Below are positions 13,045 through 27,732 of a DNA stretch of 64,000 nt, in pieces. The notes under the pieces are model-generated. The model was not told the DNA's origin and ran no database searches. It saw only the letters and a program-made list of their open reading frames with translations. The position numbers were made by a program, and so were the translations under genes. Numbering within the stretch: the stretch's first letter is position 1; every line of letters begins with the position of its first letter. The stretch comes from Chiloscyllium plagiosum (lineage: Eukaryota): NCBI RefSeq assembly GCF_004010195.1, contig NC_057759.1, forward strand, positions 3,661,044 through 3,725,043, read 5' to 3'.

Positions 13045-16000
13045 AGCTCAGTTCGATGTGAATAAGAACAGCAAATTTCAAAGAAAAATTAAACCAGAGA
13101 GAATTGCTTAAGAGCCTGCTTCCTTGCGTGGCCCAAACAGTTACGCAATGTGCACAGTTTGTTCCCATTTCAGTTCAACCGTATTGCCTGCATAAGTGCA
13201 GTCTTGTCATGCTGCAGCTAATGAGACTGGCTCAAGGGGGGGGGGGGGGGGGTATTTGCAAGTAGCATTAAGCAGAATACTCAATCGTTTTGAAAACTGC
13301 TATTGGCAAAATAATTCTCTGCTGGTTTTTGAGTCAGGCAAACCCCAAATTATCCTCAGAGACTTGAGACCTCTCAGAGTCACCCCTTATGATTTGTTAT
13401 TCAGTTAATAGCACCAGGCTCACTGTGACATTTATATTGTCCGGATGCCATTGTCAATATTACATTCTTCGTGCCATTTGCAAATGTGAGTTTCAAAAGA
13501 AGGAATTAATTACCATTGGGTCTTCCAAAACCACCTCTGTGCATTGGTTATGTCCTGATATTGCTTTAAATAGATGACTAATGTTCCCTTTGAAACATGT
13601 TTATTGGAGATTCCCTTGCATAGGCTATTATCTGTGGAGCGATGGTCACCATTTAAAAGTTTATGGATAGGTTGAGTAGCCAAGGCCATTTTCAATAATA
13701 GTGAATCCCAAACGTAGAGGGCATAGGTTAAAAGTGAGAGAGGAATAAAGTGCCCCAAGGGGCAACTTTTTTCACCTAGAGGATGATGTATGAAATGAGC
13801 TGCCAGAGGAAGTGGTGGAGGCTAGGACAATTACAGCATTTAAGCGGCATCTAGGTGTGTGTATGAATAGGAGGGGTTGGAGAGATAGGGGCCAAGTGCT
13901 GGAAAATGGGACTAGATTATTTTAGGATATCTGGTCAGCTTGAATGAGTTGGACTGAAGAGTCTGTTTCCGTGCTGTACAGTTCTATGACTCGAGAAGGA
14001 ATGTGGAGTCAGCCATGACAGAGCAAACAACTGAATGGCTGAGTCCTGTTCCCACATCTTACTGTCTGAAAACTAGCTTCTGATGACCTGAACACTGCAT
14101 GCCCATCAGTAACTCCGTTCCCACTGCTTTCTGAGGTTAACATTTCCAAAGCTAAGCAATCCTACCCCATCTCACTGCTACTAAAAGAAATTAAAATTCA
14201 TCCTCCTTTTACCTATGCAGCCATTCATTGAATTGAATACCATTCCTGCTCATCAGCAGCTTCAAATTTTTCCAAAACCTCAAATGCCTCAGCAACTCAG
14301 TATCCTTTATTATTTTTTAAAACGTCAGCGCTCACACATTTGATACGATCACCTCTCACATATCTTCACTGCATTTTGAACCTACACGATCTTGGGCCAT
14401 AAGGGCACCCTTTCAATCCTGGAACCAGCCCGGTGAATCTTGTATGAATAGTCGACAACGGAAATGGATTGACTGTTAAATAAGGGACAAAAACTATACA
14501 GTTATTGGGGATACTGACCAGTGTCCTGCAGTAAATTTCACAATGTGATGTTTCATCTCAGCTGGCAACATAATTCACTGATCTATTTGGTTATTACAAA
14601 GCTTTCTGTGCCTTTAGTTTTTTTTTCAAAGCAAACTTTTTTTTTGTACACAGGCTGCCGGCTTTAGCCACCAGACTCTTAATAGAGAAAACTAGATCAT
14701 TTCCTCTGGAATTTACGTTAAAACCCCTCTGTGACAGATGTAGGATTTGAATTCAATAATAATCTGGAATTCTGAGTTTAATGGCCAATTGGTGCAACAA
14801 CCCATCTGGTTCACTAATGTCCTTTCGGGAAGGAAACTGCAATCCTTACCTGGTCTGGGCCTACACGTGATTCTAGACACACAACAATGCAAATGACTCT
14901 TAACTGCACTTTGTGCATGTTGCGGATGGGGGATAAATGCTGGTCTAGCCACTGACATCCATGAACTAATTTTAAAAACTCAGTCTCATAGAACATAGAA
15001 CATTGAAGAATACAGCGCAGTACAGGCCCTTTGGCCCTCGATGTTGCGCCGATCCAAGCCCACCTAACCTACACTAGCCCACTATCCTCCATATGCCTAT
15101 CCAATGCCCGCTTAAATGCCCATAAAGAGGGAGAGTCCACCACTGCTGCCCCCAATCAACTCATACCTGATAGTTAATTTGTACTATCAAATTTAATATC
15201 CCATTTTTCCACGTTATAATCTGTTCTTTTCCTAGCCATTCACATGGTCTATCTCTAACCTATTTTACCAGCTTTGTGATCCCCTTCAACTTGTTATCTC
15301 CACCCAAGTTTGTAAAAAAAACCTTTTTGCTTCAATGCACGAAGTCCATTCATCCAGTTCATGACATCATTTATAATTATTACTGATAATTACTACTGAT
15401 CCTTGTGACAGGTCACTTGTTACAGCTTCTCAATCTGATAATGGCCTGGTTAGCCAATCTTCATTGGCACTTAAGAAAACAATCTGTAAATGTAATAGAA
15501 TGCTGGCCTTTACATCGAGGGGGCTGGAGGACAATGATGCAGAAGTTATGCTGCAGTTATACAAAGCCCTGATTCGGCCTCATTTGCAGCAGATCTGGAT
15601 GGATAGATTGGCCTTGCAGGGAATACAACGTTGGTTCACAAGAATGATGCCTGCTCTTCGGGGCTTAAATTGTGAAGAGATTTTAGACAAATTAGGGCTG
15701 CTCTCTCTAGAATATAGAAAGTTAATAGATGACCTGATTGAAGTCTTCAAGATACTAGCAGTGAAAGACAGGGTAGATAAATGTAAATTATTTCCATTGT
15801 TTGGGGATTCCAGAACAAGGGAGGGCATTGTCAGAGAATGAGGTCTGTATCATTCAAGAGAGTTGATAGGATACACTTCACCGCACAAAGACTGTTAGAG
15901 GTTTGCAACTCTCTTCCACAAACATCAGTAGATGACAGATCAGTTGTTTGTTTTCAATTACATTTTTGCTTGGCAGCGTTCCCATAGGGAGTGTGGCCAT

Positions 16001-19000
16001 AGATCAGCCATTTACCAATTGAATAGTGAATAACGTCAAGGGGCTGAATGGCCTACTTCTGCCTTCCTGATTCCTAAATAATGGTTTGGGCGCTGGGAGA
16101 GAGAGATGGACAGGTGGAGACGCTAAAATAATACAAGAAGCTGTGGACGCTGGAGATCTGAACCAAGAACATATAATGCTGGGGAAACGCAGCAGGTCCG
16201 GCAGCATCTGTGGACAGAGCATGAAAAGTTAACGTTCTCAGTCCAGCAACCCTTCTTCAGAACGGAGCAGCTGAAGACAATGACCAGAGGGAAATAAGGG
16301 GAAAGCAGCAAAGGAATTGTTGATAGTTGTTGACAGGCAATATTAAACCCATCTGCAATACCTATATGGCTACTTTCAGCACTGCAAACCCTTTATTAAT
16401 TCCTCCTTATCTCTATTATCCAACCTCTCTTCTTCGCTGGTTTCCTACTAACCAGCCCTTTGGTTGCATTCACTCTTATCTCTCTCTCTCTGGGCACTGT
16501 CTCCATCTATTTCTCACACTCTCCATCCCTCCATACTATCTTTATCTAGACTCTTCTAGTTCTGAAGAAGGGTCTCTGGACTTGAAACGTTAACACTTTC
16601 TCTCTCTCGTTACAGCTGCTGCCAGACCTGCTGAGTTTTTCAAGGGTAACCCTAATTTATCCAATATTAATTCTATTAGCATTATTTAAAATGATATCAA
16701 TGGTCTCTGTCTCTCATTCCCTTTGGAAAATTCCTTTTCAACCATTCTCAGGATTTTGTTATTTTACTGTCCTCTACGATAAAGACAGAGCGGAGAGGTC
16801 CGCCCATTTTGTCTGTCGCTAATTTCATGCTCATGCTTTTCCACAGATTCTCACACGAGGGGCCAATGACTAAAAGTTAGGGCCATACAATCCAGGGGAG
16901 GTTCTGGGAAGCATTTTATTATTGCTCATGGAACGTGAGTGCCGCTGGCTGGTGCAACATTTGTTGTCCAACCATAATTAGCCAGAGAGAAGCTCAGAGT
17001 CAATCACATCACCATGGGTCTGGAGTCAGACGGAAACCATACAATTAAGAACTGTAGATCTCCTTCCCTGAAGGACAGCCGTGAACCAAATTGTTTTTAT
17101 TCTGACAATCAGCATTGGTTTCATGATCATCATTAAATATTTAATTCCAGTCGATCATTGAATTCAATTTCCATCTGCCGTGGCAGGATTTGTACCCAGT
17201 TCCCATGAACATTACCAGGGTCTCGAGCTTAATTGACTGGTGATAGTACATATCACAAAAAGTACGGGAGACATATGGAATTAACTTCTACAAACCACAA
17301 ACTACTTTGATTCAAACCATTCATAAGTTATTTGATTTAAAACTGAGAGAGATACCTTTTGTGTTAAGCAGATGTATTAAAGGAGCTAGGGGGCCAAAGG
17401 TAGGGCTGTGGAGCTATCAGTCAAAATTTGATTGAATGGTGGAACAGGTTCAAGAGGCTGAATGGACTACTCCTAATTCTTAGAGTGCTATGGACTTGAA
17501 ACGTTAATTCTGTATCTCTCTCGCTCACCCCACAGATACTGCCAGACCTGCTGAGTTTCTTCAGTTATTTCTGCTTCAGTCAATTTTTCTAACGTCTACT
17601 TGTATTGGATTCACATAATTTAGGACATAATTAGTCTTTTATTTTTGTTCTGTACATTTATTCTAAATCTGCATGCTTTCACTTATTCTGGAACCTTTCT
17701 GATATCTAATAGTTCCCCAATTTTCTGGCGTGCTTTAGTCTGCACGCCGTTGGACCCTGCTTCTTTCAAAGGGACGGAGACTCTGTTTATTGAAATGAAA
17801 ACATTCACAAACGCTTCTTTCGCCAGAAATGTATACTCGGTGACGTTCTCTCTCTCTCTTTCTCTATCTATCTATCTCGTACTTCAGCCAGGCGGGATTG
17901 GCGGCAGAGTGTGCGCGGGGGGTGGTGCGGTGATAAATTGATTTACCAGTTGAGCTTTAGCAGGCAACATGACAGAAGCAGACTGCAACGGTGAAGTGTA
18001 GTTTGGTGGAGGGTGTTTGGGACAACATTTGTTATGTTTTAATGTCCATATAAATGCGTGTCTCTTTCCTGATGACTGAGGCAGATTCACTTTGATTCAA
18101 ACCATTCATATTCAAGGCAGCGTAAGTCACTCCCTCATATTTGTCTTGTGCACATCAGAATACTCGCCCTGTATTCAGTAACATGGAAATTGCTGTTTGT
18201 AAAGTATACGCTGATATCTTTTGCCTTTAACACTCTATAAAGGTTTTTTTTTGTGTGTCCACCTATCTCAACCTCTTACTTCTTGTCAATCCCTTTCTCA
18301 CCTAGTTCTTTTCACTTTTTTTTTGTTTGGTCTCTTCATTTGAATTGGAATATAGGGGATATGGTGAGTAAATTTGCAGTTTGGTGATATCAATGAAGAA
18401 GGTTATCTCAGAGTCTCACGGGACGTTTATCAGCTCGGCCAATGGGCCAAGGGGTGGCAGATGGAGTTTAATTTAGATAAGTGTCAAGTGTTGCATTTTG
18501 GTAAAAAGAATCTGGGCAAATCTTAGAAAGTTCATTGCAGGGCCCTGGGAAGCGTTGTCGAACAAATGGACCTTAGTGTGCAGGTGCATAGTTCCTTGAA
18601 AGTGGCATTACATGCTTGCCTTCCTTGCTCAGAGCATGTAGTATTGGAGTTGGGATATCATACTGCAGCTGGACAGTACATCGATTAGGCTACTTTTAGA
18701 ATTTGGAATATAATGCTGATTTCTCTCCTGTAGGAAGGACGTCGTTAAACTAGAAAGAGTACAGAAAAATGTTGCAAACTTATTTCTGGAACTGGAAGGG
18801 TTTTTGATTATATGGAGATGATAAATGAGCTGGGACACCTGTTTCCATAAAGTGTCAGAGGCTGAAGGATGACCAGGCAGAGGTTTATAAAATCATGAGG
18901 GGCATAGATAAGGTAAACAGATAAGATCTTTCTCCCAGATTTCAGGAGTCTAAAACTAATGGGCACAGTTTTAATGGGAGAGTGGAAAAAATTGGAAGGG

Positions 19001-19652
19001 ATCTGAGGGGCAACTTTTTGACATAGAAGGTGGTGTGTATATGAATGAGCTATCAGCAGAAGTAATAGAGGTGATACAATCACAACATTAAAAAAAGAAC
19101 ACTTGGAAAGGTGCGTGGATAAGAAAGGTATGTGCCAAACACAGGCAAATGGGAGTAGTTCAATTTAGGATACTTTATCGGCATGGATGAGTTGGACTGA
19201 GGGGTCTGTTTCTGTGCCGTACGACTCTATGACTCTCTCACTTTTCAATGTGCTTCTGAAAGTTGAATGTATCTGGAAAGTCTCACCACAGAGAGCTGTG
19301 TGGGGGCAGAGTTATTGTGTATGCAAAGGCTGAGAGAGCTAGATGCTTGATCAGTGAGGAATCAAGGGAAAGGACAGGAAATTCAACGTGACTCATATTC
19401 GATCAGCTATGATGCTATTGGATTGTAAAGCAGTCTCGAGGTGCTGAACGTCCTTGTGCTCCCAACCGACCTTTGGACAACTCCCAATCATGGGACTTCC
19501 GTGAAAAATTCAAACCTGTTCTGTAAGTTGCATCTTTGTCCCGTCAGTGCGAAGTAGTGCCCAGGTGGAGACTGAAAAGCAACATAATAGTTTTGGCTGC
19601 TTATTTGTACAGAGGAAAACATAACACACTTGACTCATTCCAGGCTACTGGG
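13045..19652 (+). repeat. Segmental duplication, copy A (direct paralogue of 28392-32942)
   Basis: Collinear blocks: 13045-13580~28392-28920; 17340-17480~29530-29660; 17700-18340~29800-30480; 18350-19260~30480-31380; 19270-19652~32580-32942. Confidence 0.85.
18350..19235 (+). mobile_element. CR1 LINE 3' fragment (shared with copy at 30480-31362)
   Basis: agtaaatttgca..WQMEFNLDKC..HFG motifs; (actctatg) tail. Confidence 0.8.
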
Positions 19653-19654
19653 TC

Positions 19655-21945
19655 ATAGAGTCATCGAGTTATAGAGTAACAGAGATTTACAGCACGGAAG
19701 CCGGCCCTTCAGTCCAACTTGTCCATGCCAACCAAATATCCAAACCCAATCTAGTTCCACCTGCCAGCACCCGGTTCATATCCCTCCCAGCCTTTTCTAT
19801 TCATATACCCATCCAGATGCCTTTTAAATGTTGCAATTGTACTAGCCTCTACCACTTGGTCTGGCAGCTCATTCCAAGTACGTACCGCCCTCGACATAAA
19901 AATGTTGCCGTTCAGATCTATTTTTATCTTTCCTCTCTCACCCTAAAACTATGCCCTCTAGTTCTGGACTACCCTATCCCAGGGGAAAAAAAAAACTTTG
20001 TCTACTTATACTATCCATCCCCTCACTATAAGGTCACCACTCAGCCTCCGACGCTCCGGGGAAAACAACCCTAGCCTACTCAAACTCTCCTAATATCTCA
20101 AATCCTCCAACCCTAGTAACATCCTTGAAAATCTTTTCTGAACCCTTTCAAGTTTCACAACATCTTTCAGGTAGGAAGGACACCAGAATTGCAGGCAATT
20201 TTCCAAAAGTAGCCTATCCAATGTCCTATACAACCGAAACATGACCTCCCAACTTCGGTACTCAATACTCTGACCAATAAAGGAAAAACAAAGGCCTTTT
20301 CACTAACCTATCGACCTGCAACTCCACTTTCAAGGAGGTATGTACCTGCACTCCAAGGTATCTTTGTTCAGCTATACTCCATACGACATTACCATTAATT
20401 GCATAAGTCCAGCAAAGATTTCTTTTCCAAAATGCAGCAACTCCCATTTATCTAAATTTAACTCAATCTGCCATTTCTCTGCCCACTGGCCCATCTGATC
20501 AAGATCCTGTTATAATCTGAGGCAACCTATTTCGCTGCCCACTACACTGCAATTCTGGTGTAATCTGCAAACTTAAAACTATACATCTTATGCTCACATC
20601 CAAATCATTTATGTAAATGACGAAAAGTAGAGGACACAACACTGATCCTTGTGGCACTCCACTGGTTACAGGCCTCCAGTCTGAAAAACAACACTCCGCT
20701 ACCACTCTTGTCTTCTACCTTTGAGCCAGTGCTGTACCAAATGGTTAGTTCTCATCGTATTTCATGAGATCCAACCTTATTCACCAGTCTCCCATAGGGA
20801 ACCTTGTCGAACGCCTTACTGAAGTCAATATAGATCACGACCACCGCTCCAACCACATCAACCCCCTGTTTCACATCTTCAAAAAAACTCAATCAAGTTT
20901 GTGAAACATGATTTCTCATGCATAAAGCCATGTTGACTACCCTAGTCAGTCCTTGCCTTTGCAAATACTTGTACATTCTTTCCCTCAGCATTCCCTCCAA
21001 CAACCTGCCTACCACGGACATCAGGCTCACTTGTGTATAGTTCCCTGATTTGTCCTTACCACTTTTCTTAAACAGTGGCACCACGTTATCCAACCCCCAG
21101 TTTTCCTGTACCTCACCTGTGACAATCAATGATATAAGTATGTCAGCAAGAGATCCAGCAACTTCCCACAGAGATTTAAGGTGCATCTGATCAGGTCCTC
21201 GGGATTTATCCATTTTTATGTGTTTCATGACATCCAGCACCTCCTCCTGTGTTTTCTGGACATTTTGCAGATGTCACCATCTATTTCCTTACATTCTATA
21301 TCTTGCATGTCCTTTTCCATAGTAAACATCGAAGCAAATTACTCGATTAGTATCTCCTCCATCTCCTGTGGCTCCACCTTGCTGACCACCTTGCTGATCT
21401 TTGAGGGGCCCTATTGTCTTCCTAGTAAACTTATTGTCCTTAACGTCTTTGTATAAACCCTTTGGATGCTCCTTAACTCTTTTTGCCTAAACTATCTCGT
21501 GTCCCTTTTTTGCCACCCCGACTTCCCTCTTAAATATACTCCTACTGCCTTTTTACTCTGCTAAGATTTCATTCGATCTCTCATCGAACGAGAGTCTCTG
21601 GACTCTCGTTATCTCATTTCTGAAGGCTTCCCATTTTCCAGCTGTCCCTTTACCTGCAAACGTCTTCCCGCAATCAGCTTTTCAAAACTTTTGCCTAATA
21701 CTATTGAAATTAGCTTACCTCCAATGTAGAACTTCAACTTTTAGTTCTGGTCTAGCCTTTTCCTTCACTATTTTAAAACTAACAGAATTATGGTCGCTGG
21801 CCCCAAAGTGCTCCCCCAGAGACACCTCAGTCACCTGCTCTATTTTATTTCTCAAGAGTAGGTCAAGTTTTGCATCTTCTCTACTAGGTGCATCCACATA
21901 TTGAATCAGAACATTTGCTTGCACACACTTAACAGATTCCTTAAC
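19655..21945 (-). mobile_element. CR1 LINE, ~2.3 kb degenerate ORF2
   Basis: [63 protein letters not shown]. Confidence 0.9.
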
Positions 21946-21989
21946 ACTGCCTATATACAAATCAAAAACACTTCCCGCTCCATCACCTA

Positions 21990-22960
21990 CCTGTATTTTT
22001 TGGGAATTAGATCACAATGTCGTGCTGTTCTCCCGGTTTACAAGGAGAAGTTGAAGCAAGAGTACCCAATGCAGACAGTCGTCCAGTGTTGATCTGAGAC
22101 AATAGAAGGGCTTCAATGGGTCTGCTTCGAGTCGGTGGACTGGGTCATTTTCAAGAAGTCAGTGGTCAACTTAACCGAATGTGCCACTAACATTACAGAC
22201 TTCATTAGCGAGCGTGTAGTAGACTGTGTTGCCAAGAAATCAAACCAAATGTTCCCCAACTAGAAATCATGCATGAACTGTGAGATCCATTCCCTACTGA
22301 AGTCCACGCCTGAGGCTTTCAATTCGGGTCACGCTGACCTATACAGGAAAACCAGTTACGACCTTTCTACGACCATCAGTGATGTCAAGAGGCAATACCA
22401 AACTAAGTGTGACACAGAGACCAACAGCACGGACCCCGTCATTTGTGGCAAGGGTTGCACAACATAACGGTCTGCAAAGCGAAATTGAACAGAATCATGG
22501 TCAATAGTACATCCCTACGCGATGAGCTCAGTGCATTCTACGCTCGCTTTAATCACAAGGTCAATGAATCTATGTTACCTATCCCAACAGTCTCGGATGC
22601 ACCTGGTACCCTCATTCATAGCCACAGGTGTTAGATCAGTCTGCTTCAGTGAATCCATGGAAAGCTACTGACCCGGATGGTGTCCTCAGCCATGCATTCA
22701 AATCCTGCATGGACCAGCTGCTGAGAGTTTTCACAGGCATATTTAACCTCTCCTTACAGCGACGTGAATTCACCATCTGCGTCAAGATGAGCAGCACTCT
22801 CCTGGTGTCAGCAAATCATGGAATGTGCCTCAATGACTTCTGCCTGGTGGCTGTGTCCTCCATACATATCAAGTGCTTCGAGAAGTTGGTCATGTTTTAT
22901 ATCAAATCCAGCCTATCAACTGCCTTGACTCATTACAATTCCCCAAACGACGCAAAATAT
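21990..22960 (+). mobile_element. Rex1/Babar-type LINE fragment
   Basis: WQGLHNIT...DELSAFYARF; VNPWKATDPDGV..DQLLRVFTGIFNLSL...CLNDF..VA..KCFEKLV. Confidence 0.75.
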
Positions 22961-23934
22961 TATGCACGTTGTCGTACTATCTCTGAAATATAGAGGAGAC
23001 CACATGGAGAGCAATGGACACAGTAGATGACATTTCAGACAACATCTCTGGGACACACGCACTATACAACCCCACCGCCCTGTGGTCGAACACTTCAACT
23101 CCTCCTCCTACCCTGCAAAGGACATACAAGTCTTCGTCCTCCTCCACCACCAAACTCTGGCCACTCGACCCCTGGAGGAAGAATGGTCCAGCTTCTGTCT
23201 TAGGACAGAAACAAATACACGGGATCAATTTGGATTTCATTAATTTCACATTTCCTTTCCCCTCACCTTATCTCAGATCAAACCTTCCAACTCGGCTGCC
23301 ACTTTTGAACTGTCCTACCTGTTCACTTTCCTTCCCACTTATCAACTCCACCCTCCTCTCTGGCCTATCACCTTCACCTCCACCTTTATCTACCTATCAC
23401 ATTCCCAGCTACTTCCTGCCAGCTCGACTCCACCCTATTTCCTGACCTATTACCATCACCTACTACCTCTATCTACCTAACACATTGCCAGCTACCATAC
23501 CTCACCCCCACCCCTCTCCAATTTATCTCTCAGCCCCCTTGGGCCACCCCCTCATTCCTGCAGACCCATTGAAGCCCTTCTATTATCTACCTCTGACATC
23601 TCCCCTAATTCTTCCTCCAATTACCTTAAAATTATGGTCCCTCGTGAGAGACATTTCTGTTATGGGAAAAAAAGTCTCTGGCTCTCTATTCTATTCAAGC
23701 CTCTCATCATCTTCTGCACCTGTATCAAGTCACCTCTCATTCTTCTTCTATCCAATGAATAAAGCTCTAGCACCCTCAGCCTTTCTTCATAAGACATAGC
23801 TTCCATTCCAGGGAAGCATACTGAAAAATCTTCTCTGAACCCTGTCTAAAGCTTCCACATCTTTCCTGTAACGAGAGGACCAGAACTGAGCACAATATTA
23901 TAAGTGTGGTCTTGCCAGTATTCTATAGAGATGC

Positions 23935-24460
23935 AGGGAGAAAGTGAGAACTGCAGATGCTGCAGATCAAAGTCGAAGGGTGTTGTACTGGAAAAGCACA
24001 ACAGGTCTGGCAGTATCCGAGGAGCAAGAGAATCCACGTTTCGGGCAAAAGCACATCATTAAATAATGAATGCTGGGGTGGCCCGAGATGGCTGAGAGGT
24101 AAATGGGAGAGGGATGTGGCCGGTGGGTTCGTAGCTGGGAAAGTGGTAAGCACATGGACGTGGTGGGGTAATGGTGATAGGGCAGAAAGGAGGGTGGAGC
24201 GGAGAGGTGGGAAGGAAGATGGACAGGTAGGATAGCTCGAGGTTGGTGCTGAATTCGAAGGTTGGATCATGGTTAAGGTGGGGGAGCGAAAATGAAGACG
24301 CTGGTGAAATCTACACTGATCCCGAGTGGTTGGAGGGTCCCAAGACAGAGGATGATGCACTCCTCCTCCAGGTTTCGGGTGGCTTGCATTTGGCACTGGA
24401 GGAGACTCCGGACCTCCATGTCCTCGGTGGTGGGAGAGGGAATTAAGACATTCGACCACA
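23935..24460 (-). mobile_element. PLE 3' fragment (a related + strand fragment lies at ~23040-23520)
   Basis: RNLEEECIILCLGTLQPLGISVDF; PLE-type terminal segment. Confidence 0.7.
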
Positions 24461-24551
24461 AGGTGGCCTGGCTGTTTATTGCACGTTAATCAAATATGAT
24501 GGTGAGATCACCTTTAGAATTGTGCACTCAATTCTGGTCTTCCTGCTATCA

Positions 24552-24895
24552 TAGAATCCCTCCAGTGTGGAAACAGGCCATTTGGCCTAACAGGTCCACA
24601 TGGATCCTCTGAAGAATAACCCACCCAGACACATTCTCCTACACAATTAATTTGCCCCTGAGTAATGCACCTAACCTATATATCACAGCATGATATGGGC
24701 AATTTAGTATGGCCAATTCACCTAAGCTACACATCTTTGGTTTGTAGGAATAAACCAGAGCACCCGGAGGAAACCCACTCAGTCAGGGGGAGAATTTGCA
24801 AACTCCACACATACAGTCACCTGAGGCTGAAATCGAACCTGGGTCCCTGGGTACTGTGAGGCAGCATCACTAGCCACTGAGCGATCGTATCACCC
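24552..24895 (-). mobile_element. HE1-like V-SINE
   Basis: tRNA-like head and V-core (ggtttcctccgggtgctc) on the minus strand. Confidence 0.75.
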
Positions 24896-26660
24896 AATAT
24901 AGGAAGGATATTGTCAAATTGGAAAGGATGAACAAATGATATACGAGGGTGTTACCAGGACTGGAGGGCTTGAGTTATCGGGAGAGACTGGACAAGCTGC
25001 GGCATTTTAATAGCAAAAGAGGTTTAGGAGTGACTTTATGGAGGCTTATAAAATTTTGAGGAGCCTTAATAAGATGAATAGCAAAAGTCTTTCTGCAGAG
25101 TAGGGGATTTCAGCAGCAGAGTGCATAATTTTAATGTAACAAGAGGAAGCTTTAAAAAGTGACTTGAGATGCAACTTCTTCATACAAAAGGTAGTTCATA
25201 TGTAGAATGAACTGCCAGAGGAAATGTAGACGTGGGTACAATTACCGTGATTAAATACATTTGGACAGGTTCATAAACGGGGAAGGTTTGGAGAGCCGAG
25301 CCCAGCCAAATGGCATTGGTTCAGTTTGGAAAAACGGACCAGCATAGATGAGTTGGACCGAAGGGCCTTATTGCTGCTTCATGACTCTGTGACTCTATGA
25401 TCTGCGGCGGGATGTGCATCCGCCTGAAACACAGTCCCATCTGTTTTGCTGCGACCGTTGTTACCCTATCTCTAATCATTTCCGTTGTGGTTGATCCACT
25501 TAAATCATAAGTTAACTGGTAGTACTCACATGCCTTCTTTGTAAAAGTAACCTCCTGTTAGGAAGGAAAAGACAGTTTCCAGACTGAAGGTTGAAAGCAG
25601 TGAAAGGGCCTTTTCACATGTCCACAGAAAGAGAAATATGTTTGAATGTTTGCCGCTGATAGCTGAAAATCTAACTGTTACAGTGTCCTGTGCAGCATAA
25701 TGACATGCTCAGATCTCTGTGGAGGCCAGTTTTTTTTTAACCTCTCTCTCTCTCTCTCATTGAGAAGCTGCTGCATATCTGCCTGCTAGTTTTGCAGAGA
25801 TGCCATGAATTCCTTATTTGACTCTATGACGAAGATACACCGAAAATAGGAGTAGGTGCAGGCCATTCGTTTGTACTGGCCTGGGCTGCCAATTCAATAG
25901 GATCATCCAGCTCACCTGTTACGCGATGCTGTACCAAACATTTGTCCTAGCTTAAGCACCTATCCATGTACCTATCCAATTGTCGCTTAAAGGTCACCAA
26001 AGATTCTGACTCTGCCACTCCCACAGGCAGCGCATTCCATGCCCGCACCACTCTCTGGCTAAAGAACCTACCCCTGACATCCACCCTATACCTTCCACCC
26101 TTCACCTTAAACTTATGTCCCCTTACAGGTTTCTATGAGATATCTCCTCATTCAAAAAAAAATCGATTGAAAGTAATTCTAATCTAACCAGTATCCCTTC
26201 ATACATTAGTCCTGCTATCCTAGGAATCAGTGTGGAAAACCTCCAATGCACTACCTCCATAGCCAGAACATCCTTCCTCAGCTATTAAAAACAGAGATAT
26301 ATTGCCCAATATAAAGCAAAGAACTGTGGCTGTTTAAGATCTGAAAAAAAAAGCAGAAATGACATGACGAACTCTGCAATTCTGGCAACATTGTGAGGTT
26401 GGGGTTTGGTGGTTGCTGGAGCTAGATAGCAAGAGAGAGAGAAAAAAATATTTAATATTTCATGTTATATATAAGGTTTGTCCTACCTCCCATTGTCTTT
26501 CATAATTTTATACATCTCTATTATGTCCCTCAATCTCCTCTGCACTAAGAAAAAAATGGCATTCTATACAATCTGACTTCATAAATGAAACTCTCCAGCC
26601 CCAGGACAACATTCTGGTAAATCCTCCTCTGCAGACGGGTCACTGGAGCCCAAACATGAA

Positions 26661-26683
26661 CTCTCTCTTTCTTTCTCTCTCTT

Positions 26684-26716
<33 letters not shown>

Positions 26717-26870
26717 TTCTCTCTTTCTCTCTCTTTTTCTCTCTCTCTCTTCTCTCTCTCTCTCTCATTCTCTCTCTCTCTCTCATTCTCTCTCTCTCTC
26801 TCATTCTCTCTCTCTCTCTCTCATTCTCTCTCTCTCTCTCTATCTCTATCTCTATCTCGCTCACTCTCCC
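26661..26870. repeat. Compound (CT)n/(CTAT)n microsatellite
   Basis: Direct observation. Confidence 0.95.
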
Positions 26871-27429
26871 CTCCACCCCACCCCCTCAGGATGCTGTCAT
26901 ACCTGTTCATTTCTTCCAGCACTTTCTGTGTTTGTTTCAGATTTTTGGCATCGGCACGATTTCGTTTTTAGAAATCCACCCTTATCGTCTTGCAGCTGTT
27001 TGTGCAAACTATGAAAAAATGTAATTTTGCCAAGGAAACCAAGCTTTTGAGGGAACAGAAGTTTTTGTTCCAAGTTGTATCACATTACATAGAGTATTTT
27101 GTTTTGTGCTAAAACTCCGACACATGCAAAGTTTAGCGTATTTTTAAAATCATATCATCAAACTTCATTCTGACTAAGTGAAAATAATGCTTAACATGTT
27201 TCAGAGGGGGTTACTTATTTAACTCTTACATGAATTTAAACTTGATAATAAAAGTCACATATATTGTTATCAAGTTCACATTCATGTTAGAGGCACCATC
27301 GTCTGAAGGTCGCCCAACAGGTCACTTTTAAACTTTTTATCTCTCACCTTAAACATCTCCTTTCTAGTTTTGGACTCCCCGTCCTGGGGAAATGACTTTA
27401 AGTGTTCATGACTTTACGAACATCCATAA

Positions 27430-27732
27430 GGTGGCACGGTGGCACAGTGGTTAGCCCTGCTGCCTCACACCGCCAGAAATCCGGGTTCAATTCCCGCCTC
27501 AGGCGACTAACTGTGAGTAGTTTGCACATTCTCCCCGTGTCTGCATGAGTTTCCTGCGGGTGCACCAGTTTCCTCCCACAGTTCCAACGATGTGCAGGTC
27601 AGAAGAATTGGCCTTGCTAAATTGCACGTTGTGTTAGGTGAAGGGGTAAATGTATGGCTGGGTTGCGCTTTGCTGGGTCAGTGTGGACTTGTTGGGCCGA
27701 AGGGCCTGTTTCCACACTGTAAGTAATCTAAT
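27430..27732 (+). mobile_element. HE1-like V-SINE, full length
   Basis: A box tggcacagtgg, B box ggttcaattcc, V-domain, CR1-like tail ending taatcta. Confidence 0.9.

Noticed and set aside
12342..13168. Long ORFs containing X runs
   Set aside because: Artefacts of the N gap plus SINE/PLE sequence
18040..18127. TATAAAT plus GTAAGT as a non-coding first exon
   Set aside because: Both signals are absent in the paralogue at 30180-30260 and no downstream exon was identified
26640..27024. ER-rich and LS-rich ORFs
   Set aside because: Translation of the (CT)n microsatellite
27430..27505. tRNA-like sequence with A and B boxes
   Set aside because: Head of a V-SINE, followed by the V-core and LINE tail
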